Source: Mobula hypostoma | Taxonomy: Eukaryota | NCBI RefSeq assembly: GCF_963921235.1 | Contig: NC_086118.1 | Location: 27,282,001-27,346,000, forward strand | Direction of reading: 5' to 3' | Length of the DNA: 64,000 bases | Shown here: one piece after another, positions 25,016 through 36,567 of the stretch | How the letters are laid out: each line of letters opens with the position of its first letter | Numbering within the stretch: the stretch's first letter is position 1 | Notes under the pieces: generated by a model | What the model was told of the DNA's origin: nothing | What the model saw: only the letters and a program-made list of their open reading frames with translations | Database searches by the model: none | Made by a program: the position numbers and the translations under genes

Positions 25016-26707
25016 TAAGACATAGGAGCAGAATTAAGCCATCTGGCCCATTGAGTCTGCTCCACCGTTCAATAATGGCTGAACCTTCCCCCCCACCCCC
25101 CCTCAGTCCCACTCCCTAGCTTTCTCCCTTTAACCTTTGATGTCGTGTCCAATCAATCCATCTTGGCCTTAAATACACCCAGTGACCTGGCCTCCACAGC
25201 TGCCTGTGGTAACAAATTCCACAAATTCACCACCCTCTGGCTAAAGAAATTTCTGGACATCTTTCTTTTGAAATGAATGCTAGCATTACATTTGCCTTCC
25301 TCACCACCAGCACAACCTGCAAGTTAACATTTAGGGTGTTGTGCACAAGGACTCCCAAGTCCCTCTGCATCTCAGATTCCTGGATTTTCTCTCTGTTTAG
25401 AAAATAATCTGCAGATTTATTTCTTCTACCAAAGTGCATGACCATGCATTTTGCAACATTTTATTTCATTTGCCACTTTATTGCCCATTCTTCTAATCTG
25501 TTTCAGTCCTTCTGCAGCCTACCTGTTTCCTCAACACCACTTGCCCCTCTACCAACTTCTGTATCATCTGCAAACTTGGCTTCAAGACCATCTATTCCAT
25601 CATTTATATACAGCATAAAAAGCAGTGGTCCTAGCACCAGCCCCTGCGGTACACCACTAGTTACTGGCAGCCAACCAGAAAAGGATTCTTTTATTCCCAC
25701 TTGCTGCCGCCTATCAATCAGCCAATGCTCTAACCATGCCAGTAACTGTATTGTAATACAATAGCCTCTTGATTGAGTAAGCAGCCTCATGTGTCGCACC
25801 TTGTCAAAGACCTTCTGAAAGTCCAAATATACAATATCCACCGCATTTCCTTTATCTATCCTACTTGTAATCTCCTCAAAGAATTCCAAAAGGTTTATCA
25901 GGCAAGATTTTATCTTCAGGAAACCATGCTTACTTTGTCCTATCTTGTCCTGTGTCATGAATTACTCCATAACTTCATCCTTAACAATTGACTCCAACAT
26001 TTCCCACAGAGGTCAGCTAACTGGTCTATAATTTCATTTCTGCTAACACCCTCATTTCTTAAAGGGTGGAGTGACTTTTCAATTTTCAGTCCTTTGGCAC
26101 CATGCCAGAGTCCAATGATTTTTGAAAGATCATTTCTAATGCCTCCACAATCTCTACTGCTACCTCTTTCAGAACCCTAGGGTGCAGTTCATCTGGCCCG
26201 GGTGACTTATGTACCCTTAGGCCTTTCAGCTTTTTGAGCACCTTCTCCTTTGTAATAGTAACTGCACTTCTCACACCCTTCAACATTTGACACATTGCTT
26301 GTGTTTTCCACAGTGAAGACTGATGTAAGGTACTCATTTTCTAGTGGTCCTATATCCTCTCTCAACTCTCTTTTATTTTTAACATACTTAAAAAACTTTT
26401 ACTATCCACTTTGACATTGTTTGCTTGCTTGCTTACGTATTTCATCTTTCCCTCCTAATGTTTCTTTTAGTTACTCTCTGTAGGTTTTTAAAAGCTTCCC
26501 AATCCTCCATTTTCCTCCTAATTTCCGCTTTGTTGTACGCCCGCACTTTTGTTTTGACATTAGCTTTGACTTCCCTTATCAGCTACGGTTGTACTATTTT
26601 ACAATTTGAGTATTGCTTTGTTTTTGGAATACATCTATTCTGCACCTTCCTAATTTTCCCAGAAACTCACGCCATTGATGCTTTACTGTCGTCCCTGCCA
26701 GCATCCG

Positions 26708-27856
26708 GACAATAAACTGGATTGGACTACAAATACAGAAGCTCTGTAAAAGAAGGAACAGAGCCGACTGTACTTCCTGAGGAAGATCCAGTCATTCAAC
26801 ATTTGCAGTACCATGCTGCAGATGTTCTATTACCCAGTGCTGGCCAGCGTTCTATTCTATGCTGTAGGAAAGATGTCAATAAAATAGAGAGAGTACAGAG
26901 AAGATTTACTAGAATGTTACCTGGGTTTCATCTCCTAAGTTACAAAGAAAGATTGAACAAGTTGGGTCTTTGTTCTTTGGAATGTAGAACGTTGAGGGGG
27001 GACTTGATAGAAGTATTTAAAATTATGAGGGGGATTTTTAGATAGAGTTGACATGGATAGGCTTTTTCCATGGAGAGTGGGGGAGATTCAAACAAGAGGA
27101 CATGAGTTGAGAGTTAAAGGGGAAAAGTTTAGGGGTAACATGAGGGGAAACTTCTTTACTCAGAGAGTGGTAGCTGTGTGGAACAAGCTTCCAGCAGAAG
27201 TGGTTGAGGCAGGTTTGATGTTGTTGTTTAAAGTTAAATTGGACAGCTATATGGACAGGAAAGGAATGGAGAGTTATGGGCTGAGTGCAGGTCGGTGGGA
27301 CTAGGTGAGAGTAAGAGTTCGGCACGGACTAGAAGGACCGAGATGGCCTGTTTCCGTGCTGTCATTCTTATATGGTTATATGTTATATGGTTATATGCTG
27401 GGGCAGTGGAGTGAGAGCAGCAGACGCCAAGAAGATCGATAAGCTTGGCAGGAAGGCTGGTTCTATTCTGGGGGTGGAACTGGGTTCTCTGGTGGTTGTG
27501 TTTCAGAGGAGGATCCTGCAGAAGCTACAGAACATTATGAACAATCCCCCTCAACCCCTCCATGACATACTGGACAAACAGAGGAGCACCTTTAGTAACA
27601 GACTCATTCTAATGAGGTTCACCACTGAACGCCACAGGAGATCCATTCTCCCTGTAGCTATACAACTCCTCCTCCTTAAGTATATGGTTTCATTGCACAT
27701 CTGTATTTTACACTACAACTTTTTAATGCATATTTTGTATTTTTTCCTATCTCAATACTTACACTTTGTATTTTAAAGTACATATTTCTGACTAAACAAC
27801 TTTGCAACAATAATTTCCTTCAGGATAAATAAAGTTTTATCTTACCTTATCTTATC
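26708..27856 (+). mobile_element. Rex1/Babar-type LINE 3' fragment, itself interrupted by CR1
   Basis: DNKLDWTTNTEAL...SRLYFLRK...MLQMFY..VLASVLFYAV, resuming CWGSGVRAADAKKIDKL...TTERHRRSILPVAI; tail aataaagttttatcttaccttatcttatct. Confidence 0.85.
26866..27394 (+). mobile_element. CR1 3' fragment nested in the Rex1-type LINE
   Basis: RKDVNKIERVQRRFTRMLPG, RGDLIEVFKIMRG, NFFTQRVVAVWNKLP; (ATGGTTAT)-like tail. Confidence 0.92.
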
Positions 27857-28598
27857 TCCTTCCAATTTACTTTGGCAAACTCCTCTCTCATACCACTGTA
27901 ATTTCCTTTACTCCACTGAAATATGACTACACCATCTTTCCTTTCCCCCTATCAAATTTCAGTTTGTACTCAATCATATCACGATCCTTGTCTCCTAAGG
28001 GTTCCTTTACCTTAAGCTCCCTTATCGCTTCTGGTTCATTATATAATACCCAATCCTGTATAGCTGATCCCCTAGTAGGCTCAACAGCAAACTGCTCTAA
28101 AAAGCCACATCATAGGCACTCAACAAACTCACTCTCTTGAGGTTCATTACCAACCTGATTATCCCCAATCAACCTGCATGTTGAAATCTCCCATAACTAT
28201 CATAACACTGCCCTTTTGACACCCATTTTCTATTTCCCATTGTAATCTGTAGTCCACATCCCAGCTCCTGTTGGGAGGCCTGTATATAACTGTCATCAGG
28301 GTCCTTTTACCCTTGCAGTTTCTTAACTGAACCCCCAAGGATTCAACATCTTCCGATTCAATGTCACATCTTTCTTCTGATTTTATACCATTCTTTATCA
28401 GCAGAGTCACGCCATCCTCTCTGCCTACCTTCCTAACCCTCCAATACAACATGTAACCTGGGACGTTCATCTCCCAACTACAGTCATCTTTCAGCTATGA
28501 TTTAGCCACAACATCATACCCGCCAATCTGTAATAGTACAACAAGATCATTCACCTTAGTTCTTATACTCCATGCATTGAGATATAACACTTGCAGTA

Positions 28599-29825
28599 AA
28601 CATAGAAAACAGAGAAAAAAGGTGCAGGAGTAGGCCATTCGGCCCTTTGAGCCTGCACCGCCATTCAGTATGATCATGGCTGATCATCCAACTCAGAACC
28701 CTGCACCAGCCTTCCCTCCATACCCCCTGATCCCTTGAGCCACAAGGGCCATATCTAACTCCCTCTTAAATATAGCCAATGAACTGGCCTCAACAGTTTC
28801 CTGTGGCAGAGAATTCCACAGATTCACCACTCTCTGTGTGAAGAAGTTTTTCCTAATCTTGGTCCTAAGAGGCTTCCCCTTTATCCTCAAACTGTGACCC
28901 CTCGTTCTGGACTTCCCCAACATCGGGAACAATCTTCCTGCATCTAGCCTGTCCAATCCCTTTAGGATTTTATACGTTTCAATCAGATCCCCCCTCAATC
29001 ATCTAAATTCCAACGAGTATAAGCTGAGTTCATCCAGTCTTTCATCATATGAAAGTCCTGCCATCCCAGGAATCAATCTGGTGAACCTTCTTTGTACTCC
29101 CTCTATGGCAAGGATGTCTTTCCTCAGATTAGGGGACCAAAACTGCACACAATACTCCAGGTGTGGTCTCACCAAGGCCTTGTACAACTGCAATAGTACC
29201 TCCCTGCTCCTGTACTCGAATCCTCCTGCTATAAATGCCAGAATACCATTCGCCTTTTTCACCGCCTGCTGTACCTGCATGCCCACTTTATAATGACACC
29301 CAGGTCTCGTTGCACCTCCCCTTTTCCTAATCGGCCACCATTCAGATAATAATCTGTTTTCCTGTTTTTGCTACCAAAGTGGATAACTTCACATTTATCC
29401 ACATTAAATTGCATCTGCCATGAATTTGCCCTCTCACCTAACCTATCCAAGTTACCCTGCATCCTTTTAGCATCCTCCTCACAGCTAACACTGCCGCCCA
29501 GCTTCGTGTCATCCACAAACTTGGAGATGCTGCATTTAATTCCCTCATCCAAGTCATTAATATATATTGTAAACAACTGGGGTCCCAGCACTGAGCCTTG
29601 CGGTACCCCACTAGTCACTGCCTGCCATTCTGAAAAGGTCCCGTTTATTCCTACTCTTTGCTTCCTGTCTGCTAACCAATTCTCTATCCACATCAATACC
29701 TTACCCCCAATACCGTGTGCTTTAAGTTTGCACACTAATCTCCTGTGTGGGACCTTGTCAAAAGCCTTTTGAAAATCCAAATATACCACATCCACTGGTT
29801 CTCCCCTATCCACTCTACTAGTTAC
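28599..29825 (-). mobile_element. Young 5'-truncated CR1 nested in older CR1
   Basis: ORFs 29259-29813, 28999-29286 and 28693-28998 give nearly contiguous RT-to-C-terminus sequence (YLDFQKAFDKVPH, GVPQGSVLGP, KFVDDTKLGG); intact 3' UTR. Confidence 0.95.
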
Positions 29826-31199
29826 TAGTCACTCTACTGTATTTGCCTTTTTGATTCTTAGTCCCTCATGCACTGATACTCACCCTGCTGGCTATAATCT
29901 TGTCCTGTCACCTGCCTGCCCTTTCTGACTGCATGTCATCTTTGCTTTTTCACCATCTCTTCTATCCTGAGTCCCTTCAGTCTGGTTCCCACCCCCTGCC
30001 AAATTAGTTTAAACCCTCCCCAACAGCTCTAACAAACCTGTCCGTGAGAATATTATGTAAATATGAGTTGATATCAATATTCATTGATTTATTTCTGATC
30101 TTTCACGATGTCCTATCAATAGTAGGCAGCAAATTTTAAATGCTGTTGTTATGTCCAACCCAGTGCTCTTGTGGAGTGGCAGATCTAATGGCTTTTATTT
30201 TTTGATGACCTTAATAAAATCAAAAGCAATCCTTTATTAATACGGCAAGTTACATATAGTTCAGCTTTTATTCAGTCTGGGGGGGTGGGAAAAGAAACAT
30301 GGACATAGAATATGTGTTCACAATGAACAATCAAATTAACTCTGCAACAAGCATGTACATTACTTCACAATGCTCACTATTGGACTGCATTTCATGGTCT
30401 TGTCACTGAGGCAGGTTCCAGAGCATCTTAATGTCATTGATCTTCCTTTGTTACAACTTTGGGTTTTAAAAGTTATTTGCCAGGTACATCATACCAACAA
30501 TCATTCCCACATGCAGACCTTTATTTCCTATGAATGGGGATGTGATTCTACAGTATATTTCAACATTCCAAGGTGCTTTACATTAATTGACAATGAGTCA
30601 TATAAAGACAGACTGGGTGAGGATTATAGGTTGCATTATTGACTGCAGACTTCCAAATAACGATTAAGCTTCCCTGACCAATCTGGATAACGACAAGCTC
30701 TATGTGTCGTGTGTAGTAGGGGCATAATAAACTTCACCCTAAGAAATGGAAATAAATATTGGCAGCCATATCTCCTGTTCCTTAGCAGGACTCTCAGTGT
30801 TATGTAAGACTGTGCAGAATGACCATAACTTCAACCTCCCCTGAAGTTATGGACTCCATGATGTCTTTGGCTACAACACCATCTTAATAGCAAACGGCAA
30901 GCTGTTTCCACAAGTTTGGAATGTGCATTTAGATAGAAACTCCAAAGGTCTCCAACGTTATTTGGGCAAATGTTGACAGTTAAGTAAGAAAGTGTTGACA
31001 GTTTCCTGTAAAATGGAGAGCATTAGGGCAGATGATCAAAATCCTGATCATAGAGGGTGGGTTTTGTAAACTGACTCTAAAAGGAAGGGGTGACTCTAAA
31101 AGAAGCTTGGACACAGGCAGGAGAAGGCACATGTCAATGGCAGAGGGATAAAAAAAATCAGACAGGTGGTTTTGGCGGAGGGCTCTGGAGGGCTGTTGC

Positions 31200-34100
31200 T
31201 GAAGAAACATTCTCGTCATGCCTCTGAACCTGTGGAGTGTCGTTAGGTTTGATAGGTGTCTTGTCTTGACTCTGGTGTGTTCTTCAGTTGAGCATCCAGT
31301 ATCTGGTCCACATGACGTCTCCATGTCTGATCTCCAACATCCACTGTGTACATCAGTGGTCCAGTTCTTGTAGCTATCCTACTGGGTGTCCTCAGTAATC
31401 ACGCGCTAGGACTTCCTGTCCAACCTCGAAGTTCCTTGCTGCTTTACTTGGCAACTGGCTGAACTGTTTATTCTGAACTTCCCTTCATACATCTCACTTC
31501 AGGAGGTTTATGTGAGATCTCAGATTTCTGTTCATGAACAGTAGAGCTGGTGTTTGATTTGTCGTCGCATTAACAGAGTTCTGATACACAAAAAGGAAGT
31601 TGTCCACCTTATGCTGTAGAGAAGTGTCCTTCTTGTCCATCACTTTCTTGGACTTCTTCAAGGTTTGTCTGGGTGAACCTTTCAGATAACCCAATTTTTG
31701 CTGGGTAGTGAGGAGCTGACTTGAAATGTCTGATGCCAATTTTCTTCATGAACAGTTGGAATTCTTCTAACATGAATTCTGGTCCGTTGTCACTCACATT
31801 TTGTTCTGGTAAGCTGCTTCTGGAGAAGATAGTCCTCAGAGCAGAGACTGTCCTTGCTGAGGTGATTGACTTCATTGGTATAACCTTTGACCACTTCGAA
31901 TGAACATTCACAGCAATCAGAATCATGGACTCCATGAATGGCCCAGCAAAGTCAATATATACTCTTTGCCATGGTGATGATGACCACTCGCATGGGTGTA
32001 ACGGTGCCTGGAGGGGTGCATTTTGAACTTTTTGGCATCCCGAACAACTTTTGGTCAAATTTTCAATCCGTTTATCTATTCCCGGCTACCACACGTAGCT
32101 CTGAGCGAGTCTCTTCATCTTTACTGTATCATGTGTCCTTCATGCAGATTCTCTAACACTCTGGTGCACAGTTTAGAGGGAACCGCAACACGAGATCCAC
32201 ACATCAGCGTTCTCAAACATACACTGGTTTCATCTTTGCTGAGAGCTCTGGAAATACAGCATTACCATGAGCTGGCCATCCTTGCATGGTGATTTCATAA
32301 ATGTTTGACAACGTTGGGTCAGTCCTTGTTTCCATTTGTATTTCAGAATTTGTTACCAGCAACTTCTTTTCAATGCAGTGTGGAACACTTCTGCTGGGTC
32401 ACAGTATGAAGACATTTCTTCTTTTGTTGCCAGTAGTGGACGAGAAGACAAGCCATCAGCATTGCTGTGTTGTTTGGTACCCTTGAACTCTAAGTCATAA
32501 GAGTGGGCTCCTAGAAACAGTCCCCAGCATTGTAACCGGGCAGCAGTCATCACTGGAATTCCCTTCTTGGAAATGAAAATGGACACAATGTCACTAGCAT
32601 AAGCTTTTGTCCGTAGAGCTGGTGGTGGAACTTCTTTATTCCCCATACTAGACTAAGGGCCTCTCGGTCGATCTGTGGCTGGTTGCATTCTGTACTTGTC
32701 AGTGATCTTGAAACAACCACAATTGGATATTCAAATCCATCTTTCATAATGTGTGACAAAACGGCTGCAATGCCATAAGGGGACATATCGCACACCAGTC
32801 TGATGGACAGGGATGGGTCAATATTAGTCTCTTTGTTTCTCTGAATGCTTTTTCACATCATTCTGACCGTTCCCACTTCGCTCCTGTCTGCAACAGTGCA
32901 CTCAATTGCTGCAGCACGGTAGCAATGTTTGGGAGAAACCAGTGAGGCAGATTACAAGGCCCAAGTATGACCTGAGATGCGACACATTTTCCTGCTTGGG
33001 TGCCTATAGCACTGCTTCAACCTTCTTGTGTGACTTATGTAAGCCATACTTGTCCACAATATGAGATTTCATTCCTGAAAAACTCACATTTTCTTTCTCT
33101 TTGCACACAGACCATATTCACTCAGCCTGGAAAGCACTTTACCGTGGTTCTGGAGGTGCTCTTCATCATTTTTACTAGTCATGATGGTGCTATCAAGGTA
33201 ATTTTGTGTTCCTCAAGTATCTTGGAGCACTTGATCCGTTGCTCTTTGCCCAATTGCTGGAGCTGATGCGATGCCAAAGACGAGACTATTATACTGGAAC
33301 AGTCCTTTGTAGGTGTTAATTGTGAGGAACTTCCTGCTTGTTTCCTTAATCTCCATTTGTAGATAGGCTTGTGACAAATCAATGTTTGAAACCTTTTCCC
33401 CGCCTGCCAAAGATGCAAAAATGTTTTCTATTCATGGCAGGGGATACTGCACAGTACACAGCACCAGGTTGATGCTCACCTCAGCTTGAAATCCCCACAT
33501 ATACGAACGGCTCTGGTCTTCCGTTTCTTGATCTTCAGGACAATGGGCATGGCCCAATCACTGCACTCAACCTTGGAGAGAATTCTAGATGTCACCCAGC
33601 TCTGTAGTTCAGTATCTACTTTAGGACATAGTGCATAAGGCATTGGAAGCAATTTATGGAACCTTGGTGTTGCTGTTTCATCCATTCTAGCCTTCATGCC
33701 TTTGACTTTACCAATCCCCTTCTCAACTGCCTTCTCATTAGCATTAAGCTGCTGTACTAGCCTTGACTGCATGCCACATACAAGCTGGTCCCTTAATGCA
33801 TCAGAAAGTCCATCTCTAAGGCCACAGTACTGGGTAAGTTTGCGCAGTTCTCCAATGTAATCGGAAATGGTTTCAACTTTTGACTGGTTCCTTTTGTAAA
33901 GTTTAAATTTCATTGAACTTCTTGCTTGCTGGCTTTTTGGGAGTTTCTAGGTTGCGTAAGAGACTGTACCCATTCAGGTAAGAAGTGTACGGGCTTTCTT
34001 TTGCTCTTCCACGTTGTTGGCATTACAATACAATTCAACCCTCTTGATATACAAGTCCCAGCCTTCATTACTGCTGTCAAATTTGGCAACTTTCCTGACT

Positions 34101-34280
34101 GAAGCCACTGCCACGTTATTTTTACTTTAAATTCAGTGCATCTTTCACTGTTACTCACTGTTACTTCCTTTGTTAGCGTCTGTGTTGACCTTTTCATGCT
34201 GTTTAACTCTCACTATTTCGTCCCGTAACTGCCGTGCAGTTGGTGATATTCTCTGACATTCAAGTTCGTACTCGTCGCCA
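31200..34280 (-). mobile_element. Gypsy LTR retrotransposon internal region (Mag-like), decayed; LTRs not resolved
   Basis: PBS tggcgacgagta (34269-34280, minus); gag FDSSNEGWDLYIKRVE and DALRDQLVCG; RT VRICGDFK, IDLSQAYLQ, KGLFQYNSLVFGIASAP; RNase H CDMSPYGIAAVL, QIDREAL; integrase WQRVYIDFAGP, VSDNGPEF. Confidence 0.9.
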
Positions 34281-35466
34281 ATTTATTGTGCCTGTGCACA
34301 ACTACATACATATTAAATAAAAGCAAACATGTGGGAGATGGTTTTAACTGGTGTATTCACATTGCAGTGATAACAAAATTCATGCACAATTACAAAATGC
34401 TGCATTGTCCTTTCACTAAATACATAATTGGAGCATAGTTTCTTAGAACTGACTGGTTTAATCTTGTATCTGTTCAAAAGCATATTAAATCCAAATGAAA
34501 TTGTATAGCTAAGGATGTGAAAACCACAAATCGATAAATTGGAATTATACAGCAGTGGTAATCAATGCCTTAGATATAATTTAATTAGATTTTATTCAAG
34601 TTCCACCTCTTTTAATACTCAGTGTAGCAAAAGTGACACTTAGGAAACTCTCCAAAAATAGTACAGATACTAATCAGAAATCATTGGCAGCATGCTGGGT
34701 TCCACTCAAGCAGTTTTTTACTCATATTGGTTGGCTCCAGACGGGCTAAAAATTATTATTGCTCTGTTTAAGGTAGAAACGTTAATGTTTAGATTGCAGA
34801 GCGGAAAGAATCACACTTCTCCAAATCTGTATATTGAGGTCATTGGTTAAGAATAGTCAAGACATCCAAGAAATACTTAAATCTCAAAAAAATTTAAAAA
34901 TACATCTGGTGTATAACAGTGTATTTAAATCCAATGTGATATCAAAGTCAAGTAGTGTACAATTCTAATTTGTGCTTTGAAAGAAGTCATTTCCTGCAAT
35001 GTTGACAGAAAGTGACTTTACCTTGTGATTTATGAACAGATTTGTTGGGGGCTGGGAATGAAGAGCCCAGGTATATCATTTGAAGTTTCAGAGCTTCAAT
35101 ATAGACAAGAAGGTTTGCAGGAAAGAAATTTTGATCTTTAAGTAAAGACCTGCATTGGTCGGTTACACCTAATTGAGACAGTTCACATATAAGAAAGTAA
35201 GTTGCTTGTCTGATTCTGTATAAAATCAATCATACACCAAAGATGTAAATTGAACCCTTTTATTAACCACTGGAGAAATGCAGCTATGAATTCCTAATAC
35301 ACTACTGCACTGCCTTTTCTATTTACCTCAGCTTTACTGTGCACCTTTTGTGTTACAGCACTGTCACATCAGTAGTGTTTCTGACAGGGATTGTAGAGGA
35401 GTCTTGACCCAAAAGCAGAGCAGCAGAGACAATTTCGCAGTAAATGATATTTTACTAATAAACTGC

Positions 35467-35941
35467 GTGATGTTCAGTCCTCTCTCCAGGGTGTTGGTGC
35501 CTCTTGCTGTTTTGTTTTTCGGTCAATTTAAATGCTGGCCTAGACAGACTGAAAAGGCAGGGTGTCAGGATCTGGGACAAGAGCTGATTTTGCTTTTTTT
35601 TTCACGATAGTCACTCCTATCTCCATGGCGCTGAGGCTGTGAAGACTGCCCCAGCTGCTCTGCTCTGTGCCAACTAATACAATGAACTGGTAAGCGAGGC
35701 TTTGGGCCTACTTCAGGCTGGTCCGTGGTTCGGATCTGAAGACTCAGTTTTGGTGCGGAATATTGTTTGCATGATTTGTATTTTCTTTCTTTCTCTTGCG
35801 CATCAAGTGTTGGTCTTTTATTTTTATTCTTTTTTTTCTTTAATTGGGTTCATTCAGGGTTTCTTGCTTTGCGGCTACCAGTGAGCAAGCAAGTCTCAAG
35901 GTTCTATACATTCTTTGATTACAAGTATATTTGAATCTTGG
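35467..35941 (+). mobile_element. Non-autonomous retroposon-like repeat inserted in LTR
   Basis: Absent from the sister LTR; ends with tatacattctttgattacaagtatatttgaatcttg tail. Confidence 0.65.
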
Positions 35942-36147
35942 AAATAACAAGCCATAAGGGGCCACAAAACCAAGAACGGATACTTAACACAACAAGGTAA
36001 GAAAAGGCGAGGAAGAACTGGTTGAGGCTGGCTGCGTCATATGAGGGAACAATGACTGTGGATGAGATATGGATTTAAATGGGGTGAAGGTGATGATTTG
36101 GGCATGAGTGGCAGGAGACTCCTGTTAGCTTGTGGAAACTGGGAGGT

Positions 36148-36567
36148 CTCGAACTTCTGGTAATTGACCCCCCTCTCCTTCACCGTTCCCATTTCCCTCT
36201 CTCACTTTACCTGCCCATCACCTTCTTCTGTTGCTCCTCTCCTTTCCTTTCTTCCATGGTCTTCTGTCCTCTCCTATCGGATTCCCCTTCTCCAGCCCTT
36301 TATCTCTTCCACTAATCGACTTCCTTGCTCTTTATTTCATCTCTCTCACTCTTTCACCGATCACCTACTACCTTGTACTTCTTCCCCTCCCCCCACCTTC
36401 TTACTCTGACTTTTTATTTATTTTTCCCAGCCCTGATCAAGGGTTTTGGCCCAAAACGTCGACTGTTTGCTCTTTTTCCATAGATGCAGCCTGGCCTGCT
36501 GAGTTCCTCCAGCATTTTGTGAGTATTACTTTGATTTCCAGCATCTGCAGATATTCTCTTGTTTGAG
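36148..36567 (+). mobile_element. PLE pLTR fragment with inactivated hammerhead
   Basis: Begins with the PLE ORF end (tctcgaacttctggtaa), pyrimidine tract, ccctgatcaagggttttggcccaaaacgtcgactg (both core boxes mutated); TSD actgggaggt/actgggaagt at 36138-36147 and 36568-36577. Confidence 0.85.

Larger units (their letters stand above)
25016..30053 (-). mobile_element. Decayed CR1 LINE (ORF1 C-terminus to 3' tail) carrying three nested insertions
   Basis: Minus strand: ORF1 end ...FVRAVGEGLN* (~30004-30053), APE (YLNAWSIRTKV, IYRPP, VMGDFN; 28159-28597), KSPGPDELHP, RT (25503-25958), 3' UTR at 25016-25250; tail remnant accataggaccgtaagac at 23622-23639. Confidence 0.9.

Noticed and set aside
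30700..31200. 3' LTR of the Mag-like Gypsy
   Set aside because: No convincing direct repeat of the sequence next to the PBS (34281 onward).
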